A stretch of 32,000 bases of DNA from Geobacter metallireducens GS-15 (GTDB lineage: Bacteria; Desulfobacterota; Desulfuromonadia; Geobacterales; Geobacteraceae). A program made the translations under genes and the position numbers. A model generated the notes under the pieces. The model did not search any database. It was given only the letters and a program-made list of their open reading frames with translations, and was not told the DNA's origin. Shown one piece after another: positions 1-8,450 of this stretch; position 1 is the first letter of the stretch, and each line of letters begins with the position of its first letter. The DNA lies in assembly GCF_000012925.1 (NCBI RefSeq), contig NC_007517.1, forward strand, positions 390,001-422,000, written 5' to 3'.

Positions 1-626
1 CCGTCCAGCAGGAGCTTGTCGTTGGTGCAGAAGTCGCATGGCAGCGTCTTTCCCCCCTGGATCACCTCGTGGCAGGGGCGCCCCTCCCAGTTCTCGCCGA
101 AAAGCTGGGCGCCGTACTTGTTCAGGTAGAGGAGCCGGTAGCTGTCCATGTCAACCACGTAGACCAGGGCGTTGAGGGAGTCGAAGATGGTGCTGATCTG
201 GTTGAACTGGTTCCGCATGGCCGCTTCGGCCTGGCGCCGGCGCCGGCGTTCGCCGGCCTCCCTCACTTCGCGCTCGATGGCCGGCACCAGGCGCGAGAGG
301 TTGCCCTTCATGAGATAATCGTGGGCGCCGGCCTTCATGGCTGCCACCGCCAGGTCTTCGCCGATCTTGCCTGAAACAATGATGAACGGTATGTCGAGCT
401 CCCGTTCCTTGACGATCTCCAGCCCCACCATGGCGCCGAACCGGGGCATGTTGTAGTCGGCTATGATTACGTCCCATTCCCGTTCGTCCAGGAGAGCGCG
501 CATGCCGGCGTCCGTTTCGGTCCGCTCGTAGACGGGGTCGATACCGCCACGGCGCAGTTCTCGAAGCAAGAGAAGCAGATCGTCTTCGGAGTCTTCCAGG
601 ATAAGCATGCGTAACTGGTGATCCAT
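1..626 (-). CDS. Response regulator receiver domain protein followed by a PAS-like region; 5' part only, gene runs off the left edge
   Basis: Hand translation of the minus strand from ATG (626-624) gives MDHQLRMLILEDSEDDLLLLLRELRRGGIDPVYERTETDAGMRALLDEREWDVIIADYNMPRFGAMVGLEIVKERELDIPFIIVSGKIGEDLAVAAMKAGAHDYLMKGNLSRL... This is a CheY-like receiver: acidic EDSEDD pocket, phospho-acceptor Asp in IIADYNMP, conserved Lys in AMKAGAHDYL. The frame stays open to base 3, so it is absent from the ORF track (no stop in window). ORFs 69..374(+) and 151..477(-) are other frames of this gene. Confidence 0.85.
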   Translation of the reverse strand, partial: MDHQLRMLILEDSEDDLLLLLRELRRGGIDPVYERTETDAGMRALLDEREWDVIIADYNMPRFGAMVGLEIVKERELDIPFIIVSGKIGEDLAVAAMKAGAHDYLMKGNLSRLVPAIEREVREAGERRRRRQAEAAMRNQFNQISTIFDSLNALVYVVDMDSYRLLYLNKYGAQLFGENWEGRPCHEVIQGGKTLPCDFCTNDKLLLD

Positions 627-773
627 GGGGAGTCCTGTTCCCGGGACTGTGTCCGGCGATGGTTGTGTGGTGGTGAGATGACGGACTGACGTGCCGGTCA
701 TATGGCCATTTCGCATGACAATTCTAACCTTCCTCACCCTTTGGGTCAATGGGTGCTTGTCGACCCTTTAACC

Positions 774-802
774 TTGACTTTTCAACGGCATACCGGTAAC
801 GT
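774..802 (+). promoter_or_regulatory. Candidate sigma70-type promoter for ileS-lspA
   Basis: TTGACT (774-779), a 17-nt spacer, then TAACGT (797-802), about 65 nt upstream of the ileS ATG. The -35 is good and the -10 is weak. Sequence inspection only. Confidence 0.3.
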
Positions 803-867
803 TAGACGCTTTTTCGACCTTTGCCCTGCTGTTTTTCTCGTCGATTACCCCGTAGTGGAGGACGTCC

Positions 868-3639
868 ATGGAATATAAGAATACCCTCAATCTGCCGGTC
901 ACCGATTTTCCCATGAAGGCCAATCTTCCCCAGCGGGAACCGGAGATCCTCGCCGGCTGGCAGAAGAACGATCTCTACGGCAAGCTCACCGCGGCAGGGG
1001 AGGGGAAGCCCCGCTACGTCCTCCACGACGGCCCCCCCTACGCCAATGGCCACATCCACATCGGCCATGCCCTCAACAAGATCCTCAAGGACATCATTCT
1101 CAAGAGCAAGCGGATGCAGGGGTTTGACGCCCCCTACGTGCCGGGGTGGGACTGCCACGGCCTCCCCATCGAGCTCCAGGTGGAGAAAAATCTGGGGTCC
1201 AAGAAGCATGAGACCACCAAGCTCCAGATGCGAAAACAGTGCCGGGAATACGCCGAAAAATTCGTGAAGATCCAGCGGGATGAATTCGAGCGGCTGGGAG
1301 TCATCGGCGACTGGGACCGTCCCTACCTCACCATGACCCATGACTACGAGGGGATCACCGCCCGGGAACTGGCCCGCTTCGCCGCCAATGGCGGCCTCTA
1401 CAAGGGGAAGAAGCCGGTCCACTGGTGCTCCTCCTGTGTCACCGCACTGGCGGAAGCCGAGGTGGAGTACGCCGACAAGACCTCCCCCTCCATCTACGTG
1501 AAATTTCTCCTCCAGGATGACATCAGCGCCTCGGTGCCGGCCTTGGCCGGAAAGAAGGTGTCCCTGGTCATCTGGACCACCACTCCCTGGACCATCCCGG
1601 CCAACCTGGCCGTGGCCCTCCACCCGGAGCTGGAGTACGTGGCCCTGGAGGCCGGCGGCGAGGTGCTCGTGGTGGCCGAGGGGCTCAAGGATGCCTTCAT
1701 GGCCGCCACCGGCGTGCAGGGGAGTGTCATCGCCACTTTCCGGGCCGACATTCTCTACCGGAAGCGGTGCAAGCATCCCTTCTACGACCGGGATTCCATT
1801 GTCCTCCTGGGTGAGCACGTGACCCTGGACGCCGGTACCGGCTGCGTCCACACCGCCCCGGGCCACGGCCAGGAAGACTACGAGCTGGCCCTGGTGGAAG
1901 GGCTCGACATCTACAACCCGGTGGACAATCGGGGGCGCTACATCCAGAGCCTGGAATTCTTCGGCGGCCAGTTCGTCTTCGACGCCAACGCCACGGTCAT
2001 CGAGAAGCTCCAGGAGGTGGGGGCCCTGGTGGGGCAGGGGAGCGTGGAGCACTCCTACCCCCACTGCTGGCGCTGCAAGAAACCGATCATCTTCCGGGCC
2101 ACGGAGCAGTGGTTCATCTCCATGGAGAAAAACGACCTGCGGAAGAAGGCCCTGGAGGAGATCGACCGGGTCTCCTGGGTGCCGAAATGGGGACGCGAGC
2201 GGATCCACGGCATGATCGAGAACCGTCCCGACTGGTGCATCTCCCGGCAGCGCTCCTGGGGGGTTCCCATCACCGCCTTCTACTGCACGGAGTGCGGCGA
2301 GATTCTGGCCGACGGCACGATCATGCACCACGTGGCCGATCTCTTCATGGAGGGGGGGGCCGACCTCTGGTACGAAAAGGAGGCTGCCGAGCTCCTCCCG
2401 CCGGGGACCGTCTGCCCGCAGTGCGGCAAGAGCGCCTTCGAGAAGGAGATGGATATTCTGGACGTCTGGTTCGATTCCGGGGTTTCCCACGCCGCGGTCC
2501 TGGAAAACCGCCCCGAGCTCGGCTCGCCGGCCAACATGTACCTTGAGGGGAGCGACCAGCACCGGGGGTGGTTCCACTCGTCACTCCTGGCCTCCGTCGG
2601 GACCCGTGGCACCGCACCGTACAAGGAGGTCCTCACCCACGGCTTTGTGGTGGACGGCTCCGGCCGCAAGATGAGCAAGTCGGTGGGGAACGTGGTGGCC
2701 CCCGAAGAGGTGATCAAAAAGTACGGCGCCGAGATCCTCCGCCTCTGGGTGGCGGCCCAGGACTACCGGGACGACGTCCGGATTTCCCAGGAGATCCTCA
2801 CCCGCCTGGCCGAGGCCTACCGCCGGATCCGCAACACCTGCCGCTACCTCCTCGGGAACCTCTACGACTTCGACCCGGCCACCGACATGGTCCCCTTCGG
2901 GGAAATGACGGAACTGGACCGCTGGGCACTGCACCAGTTGGAGGTGCTCAAGGAGAAGGTTTTCACCGCCTACAACGAGTACGAGTTTCACATCCTGTAC
3001 CACGCCGTGAACGGCTTCTGCACCGTGGAGATGAGCGCCTTCTACCTCGACATCATCAAGGAGCGCTACACGAGCCGGAAAGACTCTCCGGAGCGCCGCA
3101 GCGCCCAGACCGTCATGTATCTCGTGCTGGAATCCCTGGTGCGGCTCATGGCGCCGGTCCTCTCTTTCACCGCCGACGAGGTCTGGGGATACATGCCGAA
3201 GCGGGCCGAGGCGAGTGTCCACCTGGCGTCCTTCCCGGAGCTCTGTCCCGAGCGGAAAGACGAGGCCCTGGTGGAGCGGTGGGCGCGGACCATGGCGGTG
3301 CGGGGCGATGTCTCCAAGGCCCTGGAACAGGCCCGGGTGCAGAAAACCATCGGCCACTCCCTCGACGCGGCAGTGACCCTGTCCGCCGAGCCCGAACTGC
3401 TTGGGTTCCTGAAGGAGTACGCCGGGGAACTGGCCACGGTTTTCATTGTCTCGAAGGTGGAGCTGGTGGGGGAGATCGCCGGCGAGTTCGTGGAGGCTGA
3501 GGGGGTGAAGGGGCTGAAGATCGGCGTCACCGCGGCCCCGGGCGACAAGTGCGAGCGGTGCTGGCACTATGACGAGGAAATCGGTGGCGATGCCGAGCAT
3601 CCGACCCTCTGCCCCAAGTGCGTTGCGGCGGTCAAATAG
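868..3639 (+). CDS. ileS: Isoleucyl-tRNA synthetase (type 1, with C-terminal zinc finger)
   Basis: 923-aa ORF with the class I HIGH motif (PYANGHIHIGHALNK), the KMSKS motif (GRKMSKSVGN), the CP1 editing region and the C-terminal CERCWHY...CPKC zinc-binding motif. GGAGG lies upstream of the ATG. Confidence 0.98.
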   Translation: MEYKNTLNLPVTDFPMKANLPQREPEILAGWQKNDLYGKLTAAGEGKPRYVLHDGPPYANGHIHIGHALNKILKDIILKSKRMQGFDAPYVPGWDCHGLPIELQVEKNLGSKKHETTKLQMRKQCREYAEKFVKIQRDEFERLGVIGDWDRPYLTMTHDYEGITARELARFAANGGLYKGKKPVHWCSSCVTALAEAEVEYADKTSPSIYVKFLLQDDISASVPALAGKKVSLVIWTTTPWTIPANLAVALHPELEYVALEAGGEVLVVAEGLKDAFMAATGVQGSVIATFRADILYRKRCKHPFYDRDSIVLLGEHVTLDAGTGCVHTAPGHGQEDYELALVEGLDIYNPVDNRGRYIQSLEFFGGQFVFDANATVIEKLQEVGALVGQGSVEHSYPHCWRCKKPIIFRATEQWFISMEKNDLRKKALEEIDRVSWVPKWGRERIHGMIENRPDWCISRQRSWGVPITAFYCTECGEILADGTIMHHVADLFMEGGADLWYEKEAAELLPPGTVCPQCGKSAFEKEMDILDVWFDSGVSHAAVLENRPELGSPANMYLEGSDQHRGWFHSSLLASVGTRGTAPYKEVLTHGFVVDGSGRKMSKSVGNVVAPEEVIKKYGAEILRLWVAAQDYRDDVRISQEILTRLAEAYRRIRNTCRYLLGNLYDFDPATDMVPFGEMTELDRWALHQLEVLKEKVFTAYNEYEFHILYHAVNGFCTVEMSAFYLDIIKERYTSRKDSPERRSAQTVMYLVLESLVRLMAPVLSFTADEVWGYMPKRAEASVHLASFPELCPERKDEALVERWARTMAVRGDVSKALEQARVQKTIGHSLDAAVTLSAEPELLGFLKEYAGELATVFIVSKVELVGEIAGEFVEAEGVKGLKIGVTAAPGDKCERCWHYDEEIGGDAEHPTLCPKCVAAVK

Positions 3640-3643
3640 GACC

Positions 3644-4132
3644 ATGAAGCCCAACTACCGCATTTTCTCAATCGTCACGGCGGTGTCCCTGGTAATCGAC
3701 CAGGCGACCAAGATTCTCGTGGACCGGACCCTGGAGCTCTACCAGTCCATTCCGGTGGTCCCCGGGCTCTTCAGCATCACCTACATGCGGAACAAGGGGG
3801 CGGCGTTCAGCTTCCTCTCGAACTTCGATTACCGCCGCCCCTTTTTCATCGCAGTCACGCTGGTGGCCATGGCGGCCATCGCCATCACCTTCCGCAAGCT
3901 CCGGGACGACCAGCGACTGGCGGCAGTTTCCCTTTCCCTCATCTTCTCCGGTGCTGTCGGCAATCTCATCGACCGGGTGCGGCTCGGCGAGGTGATCGAC
4001 TTCCTCGACGTCTACTGGAAAACCCACCACTGGCCCGCCTTCAACGTGGCCGACTCCGCCATCTGCGTTGGCGTGGCGCTCCTCGCCCTCGACATGATCC
4101 GCGACGAGCGGCGCCAGTCCAAAGATAATTAA
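3644..4132 (+). CDS. lspA: Lipoprotein signal peptidase (signal peptidase II)
   Basis: The ATG at 3644 lies 4 nt after the ileS stop; the ORF-track start at 3569 overlaps ileS and is unlikely. Motifs present: NKGAAFSF, NLIDRVRLGEVIDFLD, FNVADSAI. Four hydrophobic segments. The ileS-lspA pairing is classical. Confidence 0.95.
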   Translation: MKPNYRIFSIVTAVSLVIDQATKILVDRTLELYQSIPVVPGLFSITYMRNKGAAFSFLSNFDYRRPFFIAVTLVAMAAIAITFRKLRDDQRLAAVSLSLIFSGAVGNLIDRVRLGEVIDFLDVYWKTHHWPAFNVADSAICVGVALLALDMIRDERRQSKDN

Positions 4133-5175
4133 AACCGCTGCCGTAGCGCCAGGTGGAAGTTCACGTCCGGCGAGGTTTTCACGTTCAGATCCTCGGAAAG
4201 AGCGATGTCGAAGAAGGTCCGCTCCGTGAAGGCGAAGGAAAACCCTCCCGTCATGAGAAGGGAGTTGGTGCTGATTTCCCTCAGGTCACTCCCCTCGTAG
4301 AGGGAGGAATGCCACGTGGTCTGAACCGTAAGTGCCATCCAGTCGAGGGGGCTCCAGCCGAAGCCGAACGTCCCCATGGCCGCCAGGTTCCGCTGCTGGT
4401 CCCCGAGCACATCGCCATCCCCCATCACTGTGCCGCCGGCGTTGGCAAAGAGGGTCAGGTGCCCCCAGTCGCCGAGCCGGTAATCGTCGCTGGCGGCGAG
4501 CCAGAGGGCGAAGTCGACGCTGCCGCTTCCCCGCAGTTTGTCGCTGTCGCCGGTGGGGAGTTTCAGGGCACTCCGCAGGGCAACGCGGCGGGGGGCCGTC
4601 GCCCCGTCATCGTAGAGTTGGATTCCCCCCGTCAGGCGGATATCGCCGATACCTGCATTGCTGTCGTCGATCCTGAACCGATCGGTGCCGTTCGTGTCGT
4701 ACCGGTAGCGGAGCCGGTCCCGGGGAGCGTACTCCCTCCCGCCGTTGGTGAAGCCGAAGGCCTTGTGAAACCATTCGATGAAGCCGTCGAGGAATCCTCC
4801 CGACTGAACGATGAAGGGAATCTCAATGCCTGCCTCCACGCCGGGAACAAGGCCGTAGCGCAGATCGAGGGCGAACCGGTATGTCTCGCCGTCGAGGATG
4901 ATGTGCTCGTTCCCCTTGGAATCCACGGCGTAGTTGTTGGACAGATCGGCCACGGCGGAAACCTCGCCTTCCCTCGACGCCAGGATCCTGGCGCTGTCCG
5001 GCACCGGCAGACCGTGGATTTGCACGAGTGGCGCCATGTTCCCTGTCCGGAAGGGTGTGACTTCCATGCCGCGGGCAACCGTACCCGTGAGCAGCAGTGC
5101 CAGCCCGGCCATGGCCGCTCCTGCCCGTATCCGCCACGTCCCTGTCCGTTTCCCCGAACTACCGTTCATTGCCAT
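4129..5175 (-). CDS. Predicted outer-membrane beta-barrel protein (resembles the DUF3187 family from memory)
   Basis: 348-aa ORF. N-terminal signal peptide (RIRAGAAMAGLALLLTGTVARG). Alternating amphipathic Gly/aromatic-rich strands. C-terminal ...FHLALRQRF ends in Phe, as in BAM substrates. The family name is recollection, not a search result. Confidence 0.65.
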   Translation of the reverse strand: MAMNGSSGKRTGTWRIRAGAAMAGLALLLTGTVARGMEVTPFRTGNMAPLVQIHGLPVPDSARILASREGEVSAVADLSNNYAVDSKGNEHIILDGETYRFALDLRYGLVPGVEAGIEIPFIVQSGGFLDGFIEWFHKAFGFTNGGREYAPRDRLRYRYDTNGTDRFRIDDSNAGIGDIRLTGGIQLYDDGATAPRRVALRSALKLPTGDSDKLRGSGSVDFALWLAASDDYRLGDWGHLTLFANAGGTVMGDGDVLGDQQRNLAAMGTFGFGWSPLDWMALTVQTTWHSSLYEGSDLREISTNSLLMTGGFSFAFTERTFFDIALSEDLNVKTSPDVNFHLALRQRF

Positions 5176-5315
5176 ACCAGGCCCCCCCTGCGGAACAATG
5201 GCATATCCACGGCTGCCCTGTCCCTGAGATTCAATAACTATCTTGAACTGAAATGCGCATCTGCGCTAAGGTGAAACGTTATCGCCATCGTAGTATACCA
5301 GATTTGGAGACGCTC

Positions 5316-7841
5316 ATGACGCCTGCCAGCGGCAGACAGAACATTGACCCCCGGAATGTAAACCGGCGGAGAGACAAAAATCCATGGAAAGTTGTCGTCA
5401 TAACGCTCGTTACCCTTGGTGTTGTGGCCCTTCTCGCTGTGTTCGGCTATTTCACCTATCTTTACGCCTCCCTGCCGAAGGTCGACCGTCTTGCCGACTA
5501 CCGGCCTCCCATTGTTTCCCAGGTCTTTGGCGATGATGGCAGCCTTGTTGGGGAGTTTTACCTGGAGCGGCGCATCGTCGTGCCGGTGGAGAAAATTCCC
5601 CGGAAGCTGATCCAGGCTTTCGTGGCGGCCGAGGATTCCAACTTCTACCAGCACAAGGGGCTCGATTACCTGGGGATCGCCCGGGCCGCGGTGAAAAACC
5701 TCCTCGCTATGCGGAAGAAGGAGGGGGCGTCCACCATCACCCAGCAGGTGGCGAAGTCGATGCTTCTCACCTCCGAGAAGAGTTTTGCCCGCAAGTTCAA
5801 GGAGGCGATTCTTGCCACTCGCATGGAGAAGATGCTCTCCAAGGACGACATCCTCTACATCTACCTGAACCAGATCTATCTGGGGGGAGGCGCCTACGGG
5901 GTCCAGGTGGCTGCCGAGACCTACTTCGGCAAGAACGTGGAGCAGCTGAACCTGGCCGAGATGGCCATGCTCGCCGGGCTCCCCAAGGCCCCCAACTCCT
6001 ACTCTCCCATCAAGCACCTGGACCGGGCCCGGGAACGGCAGGCCTACGTCCTTGAGCGGATGGTAAGGGAGGGGTACGTGACCCAGGCCGAGGCGGACCA
6101 CGCCCGGGCGACCCCCATCGTGGTCAGGTCCATGAAGAAGGTAAACAGCGAGCAGTCGGCCTATTTCCTTGAGCATATCCGGATCAAGCTGGAGGAGACC
6201 TATGGGATGGACCGGCTCTACAAGGAAGGGCTGAAGATCTACACCACCATGAATGCCGAGATGCAGAAGGGGGCCTTTGATGCGGTGGTGAACGGCCTGA
6301 AAAACGTGGACAAGCGCCAGGGGTTCCGGGGAGCGGTCAAGTACCTTGGGGAAACCGAGGTGGATACCTTCAGTAAGAAAGTGGAAGACGGGATCGATAC
6401 CGCGTCCCTCAAGCAGGGGAGCACCTACCAGGGGGTCGTCACCGCCGTGGATCCGGCAAAGGGGGATGCAACCGTGCGGGTTGGAGACCGGACCGGCACC
6501 ATCTCCCGCAAGAACATGGCCTGGGCCGGCAAGGTGCAGCTTGTGAACGCCTGGGGCAAGCAGGACGGGAAAGGGAAGTCGCTCCCCTTGGGGAGCGTTG
6601 TCTTCGTTTCGGTGCTCACCCCTGATGTGAACAAGCAGGGGGCCATCTTCTCCCTGGACCAGGAGCCCGAGGCCCAGGCGGCGGTGGTGGCCCTTGATCC
6701 CCTGACCGGTGCCGTGAAGGCCATGGTTGGCGGGTATGATTTCCGCAGGAGCCAGTTCAACCGGGCCGTCCAGGCAAAGCGGAATCCCGGCTCTGCCTTC
6801 AAGCCGATCATCTACGCCGCCGCCCTCGACAAGGGGCTCACGGCGGCAACAACCTTCGACGACTCCCCCGTCGAATACGAGGGGGGCGGGGACAAGGCCT
6901 GGAAACCGAAAAACTACGACAACATCTATCGGGGCATCGTGACCATGCGCGAAGCCCTCACCAATTCCATCAACGTGGTGAGCGTCAAGATTCTGGAACA
7001 GATCGGCGTCGGCGCTGCCATCGACTATGCCAAAAAACTCGGCATCACCTCCCCCCTGGCCGCCAACCTTACCCTGGCCCTCGGTTCGTCCAGCGTGACC
7101 CCCCTTGAATTGACCTCCGCCTACGCCGTATTCGCCTCGGGAGGGTACCGGACAACGCCTTACTTCATCACCAAAGTGGAGGATGCCGACGGCAAGGTTT
7201 TGGAGGAGACGGCACCGCCGGTCATTCCGACCTTCACCAACCAGAGCACGGCCACCCTCACCAATGCAGACCTCCCACCCGCAACGGGCGCCGTTCCCGG
7301 GGGGGGAGCGGTACCGGCCATTGCGCCCGAAACCGCCTACATCATCACCAATCTCATGGAGAGCGTCGTCACGAGCGGCACCGGCCAGCGGGCCCGGGCC
7401 CTGGGCCGCCCCGTGGCGGGAAAGACCGGCACCACCAACGACATGAAGGACGCCTGGTTCGTGGGCTATGTGCCGCAGCTGGTGGCCGGGGTCTGGGTGG
7501 GGTACGATCAGGAGCGCTCCCTTGGCGCCGGAGGGTCGGGCGGGCAGGCCGCGGCACCCATCTGGACCGAGTTCATGCAGCGGGCCCTGGCGGGTATCCC
7601 CGTGAAGAACTTTATCCAGCCGGCGGACATCACGTTTGCCACCATCAATGTCCGCACCGGACGCCTGGCCCGGGAAGGGAGTCCGGGGGCGACTCAGGAG
7701 TGCTTTGTCGCCGGTACCGAGCCCACGGCGTACGATGGCGAGCAGGATACACCCACCACCGAAGAAAATGCCAGCGATTCCGATGGGTTGCCGGAATGGG
7801 TGCGCGCTGGGCGTCTGCCGCGACGGTCCGAAAGTCGCTAA
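5316..7841 (+). CDS. mrcA: Bifunctional penicillin-binding protein 1A (glycosyltransferase + transpeptidase)
   Basis: The preferred start is ATG 5316 (GGAGA 5 nt upstream); the track start at 5253 adds 21 aa with no RBS. There is a TM anchor. GT51 motifs: AEDSNFYQHKGLD and GASTITQQ. Transpeptidase motifs: SAFKP (SxxK), SIN (SxN), KTGTT. There is an OB-like insertion between the modules. Confidence 0.95.
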   Translation: MTPASGRQNIDPRNVNRRRDKNPWKVVVITLVTLGVVALLAVFGYFTYLYASLPKVDRLADYRPPIVSQVFGDDGSLVGEFYLERRIVVPVEKIPRKLIQAFVAAEDSNFYQHKGLDYLGIARAAVKNLLAMRKKEGASTITQQVAKSMLLTSEKSFARKFKEAILATRMEKMLSKDDILYIYLNQIYLGGGAYGVQVAAETYFGKNVEQLNLAEMAMLAGLPKAPNSYSPIKHLDRARERQAYVLERMVREGYVTQAEADHARATPIVVRSMKKVNSEQSAYFLEHIRIKLEETYGMDRLYKEGLKIYTTMNAEMQKGAFDAVVNGLKNVDKRQGFRGAVKYLGETEVDTFSKKVEDGIDTASLKQGSTYQGVVTAVDPAKGDATVRVGDRTGTISRKNMAWAGKVQLVNAWGKQDGKGKSLPLGSVVFVSVLTPDVNKQGAIFSLDQEPEAQAAVVALDPLTGAVKAMVGGYDFRRSQFNRAVQAKRNPGSAFKPIIYAAALDKGLTAATTFDDSPVEYEGGGDKAWKPKNYDNIYRGIVTMREALTNSINVVSVKILEQIGVGAAIDYAKKLGITSPLAANLTLALGSSSVTPLELTSAYAVFASGGYRTTPYFITKVEDADGKVLEETAPPVIPTFTNQSTATLTNADLPPATGAVPGGGAVPAIAPETAYIITNLMESVVTSGTGQRARALGRPVAGKTGTTNDMKDAWFVGYVPQLVAGVWVGYDQERSLGAGGSGGQAAAPIWTEFMQRALAGIPVKNFIQPADITFATINVRTGRLAREGSPGATQECFVAGTEPTAYDGEQDTPTTEENASDSDGLPEWVRAGRLPRRSESR

Positions 7842-7900
7842 TCCCTTGCGGGGCAACGGTTTACGACCCATGAAAAAATTATTTTTCTCCAAATAATCCC

Positions 7901-7928
7901 TTGCAATGTGGAAATTTCTGTCTATAGT
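7901..7928 (+). promoter_or_regulatory. Candidate strong sigma70 promoter of the HU gene with an A/T-rich UP-like element
   Basis: TTGCAA (7901-7906), a 16-nt spacer, then TATAGT (7923-7928). It is preceded by aaaaaattatttttctccaaataat, one of the few AT-rich patches in the window. Confidence 0.5.
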
Positions 7929-7963
7929 ATTCGCCAGAATTACCTTAACAAGGAGGGTTGATC

Positions 7964-8248
7964 ATGACCAAAGCTGAACTTGTGGATGCCGTAGCGAAAT
8001 CTGCCAACCTCACCAAGGCTGCCGCCGACAAGGCGGTGGGCGCCGTAATCAGTGCCGTGAGCGATGCCCTCAAGAAGGGCGACAAAGTGACCCTGGTTGG
8101 ATTCGGGAGCTTCGAGGTGTCCACCCGCAAGGCCCGTACCGGCCGTAACCCCCAAACCGGCAAAGAGATCAAGATCGCTGCTGCCAAGGTTCCCAAGTTC
8201 CGCCCGGGCAAGGCTCTCAAGGACGCCGTTGCCGCCAAGAAAAAATAA
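7964..8248 (+). CDS. hup: Nucleoid-associated DNA-binding protein HU
   Basis: [89 protein letters not shown] is a canonical HU/IHF fold signature (GFGxF, RxGRNPxTG). AGGAGG (7951-7956) lies 7 nt upstream of ATG 7964; the track start at 7958 is a TTG. Confidence 0.96.
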   Translation: MTKAELVDAVAKSANLTKAAADKAVGAVISAVSDALKKGDKVTLVGFGSFEVSTRKARTGRNPQTGKEIKIAAAKVPKFRPGKALKDAVAAKKK

Positions 8249-8304
8249 TTTCCGCGCGTCCCCCATGGGGAGACGTTGCTGATATAATTATACATGTGAT
8301 AAGA

Positions 8305-8329
8305 AACCCCGCCGGTGCGGGGTTTTTTC
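8305..8329 (+). terminator. Rho-independent terminator after the HU gene
   Basis: AACCCCGC cggt GCGGGGTT followed by TTTT(T): a perfect GC-rich stem with a U-tract. Confidence 0.8.
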
Positions 8330-8396
8330 ATTGCTGAACTCTTTGGGGGAAAGCTTCGGGGGGGGCTCTCCTTTCAGGCCGAACGACCATGTGCCC

Positions 8397-8425
8397 TTGT
8401 CAACGGCCCCTATCCCGGTTACAGT
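8397..8425 (+). promoter_or_regulatory. Candidate promoter of the YdbH-like operon
   Basis: TTGTCA (8397-8402), a 17-nt spacer, then TACAGT (8420-8425). AGGAGG at 8434-8439 and ATG 8451 follow. Confidence 0.4.
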
Positions 8426-8450
8426 CTCGTCTCAGGAGGAAGATGCCGCG

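Noticed and set aside
627-867. Possible T-box or other leader RNA upstream of ileS
   Set aside because: I could not find the conserved T-box 14-mer (AGGGTGGTACCGCG-like) or a terminator/antiterminator pair. Only short 5-bp stems are present.
802-2577. 591-aa ORF antisense to ileS. Similar long ORFs include 2581..3654(-), 5238..7892(-), 10737..12362(-), 17385..19430(-), 20351..22084(-), 13101..14237(+), 24158..25186(+) and 25705..26700(+).
   Set aside because: All lie opposite or out of frame to genes with unambiguous family motifs. Their translations are low-complexity Gly/Arg/Pro/His/Asp-rich strings with no motifs. These are typical stop-codon-poor shadow frames of GC-rich DNA.
4129-4132. 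4-bp overlap (TTAA) of the convergent lspA and outer-membrane protein stop codons
   Set aside because: It is real in the sequence, but it is a trivial consequence of compact convergent genes, and no regulatory structure is evident.
8331-8450. Upstream extension of the giant ORF (track start 8331)
   Set aside because: It begins immediately after the HU terminator U-tract and contains the candidate promoter. An AGGAGG-preceded ATG at 8451 is immediately followed by the membrane anchor.
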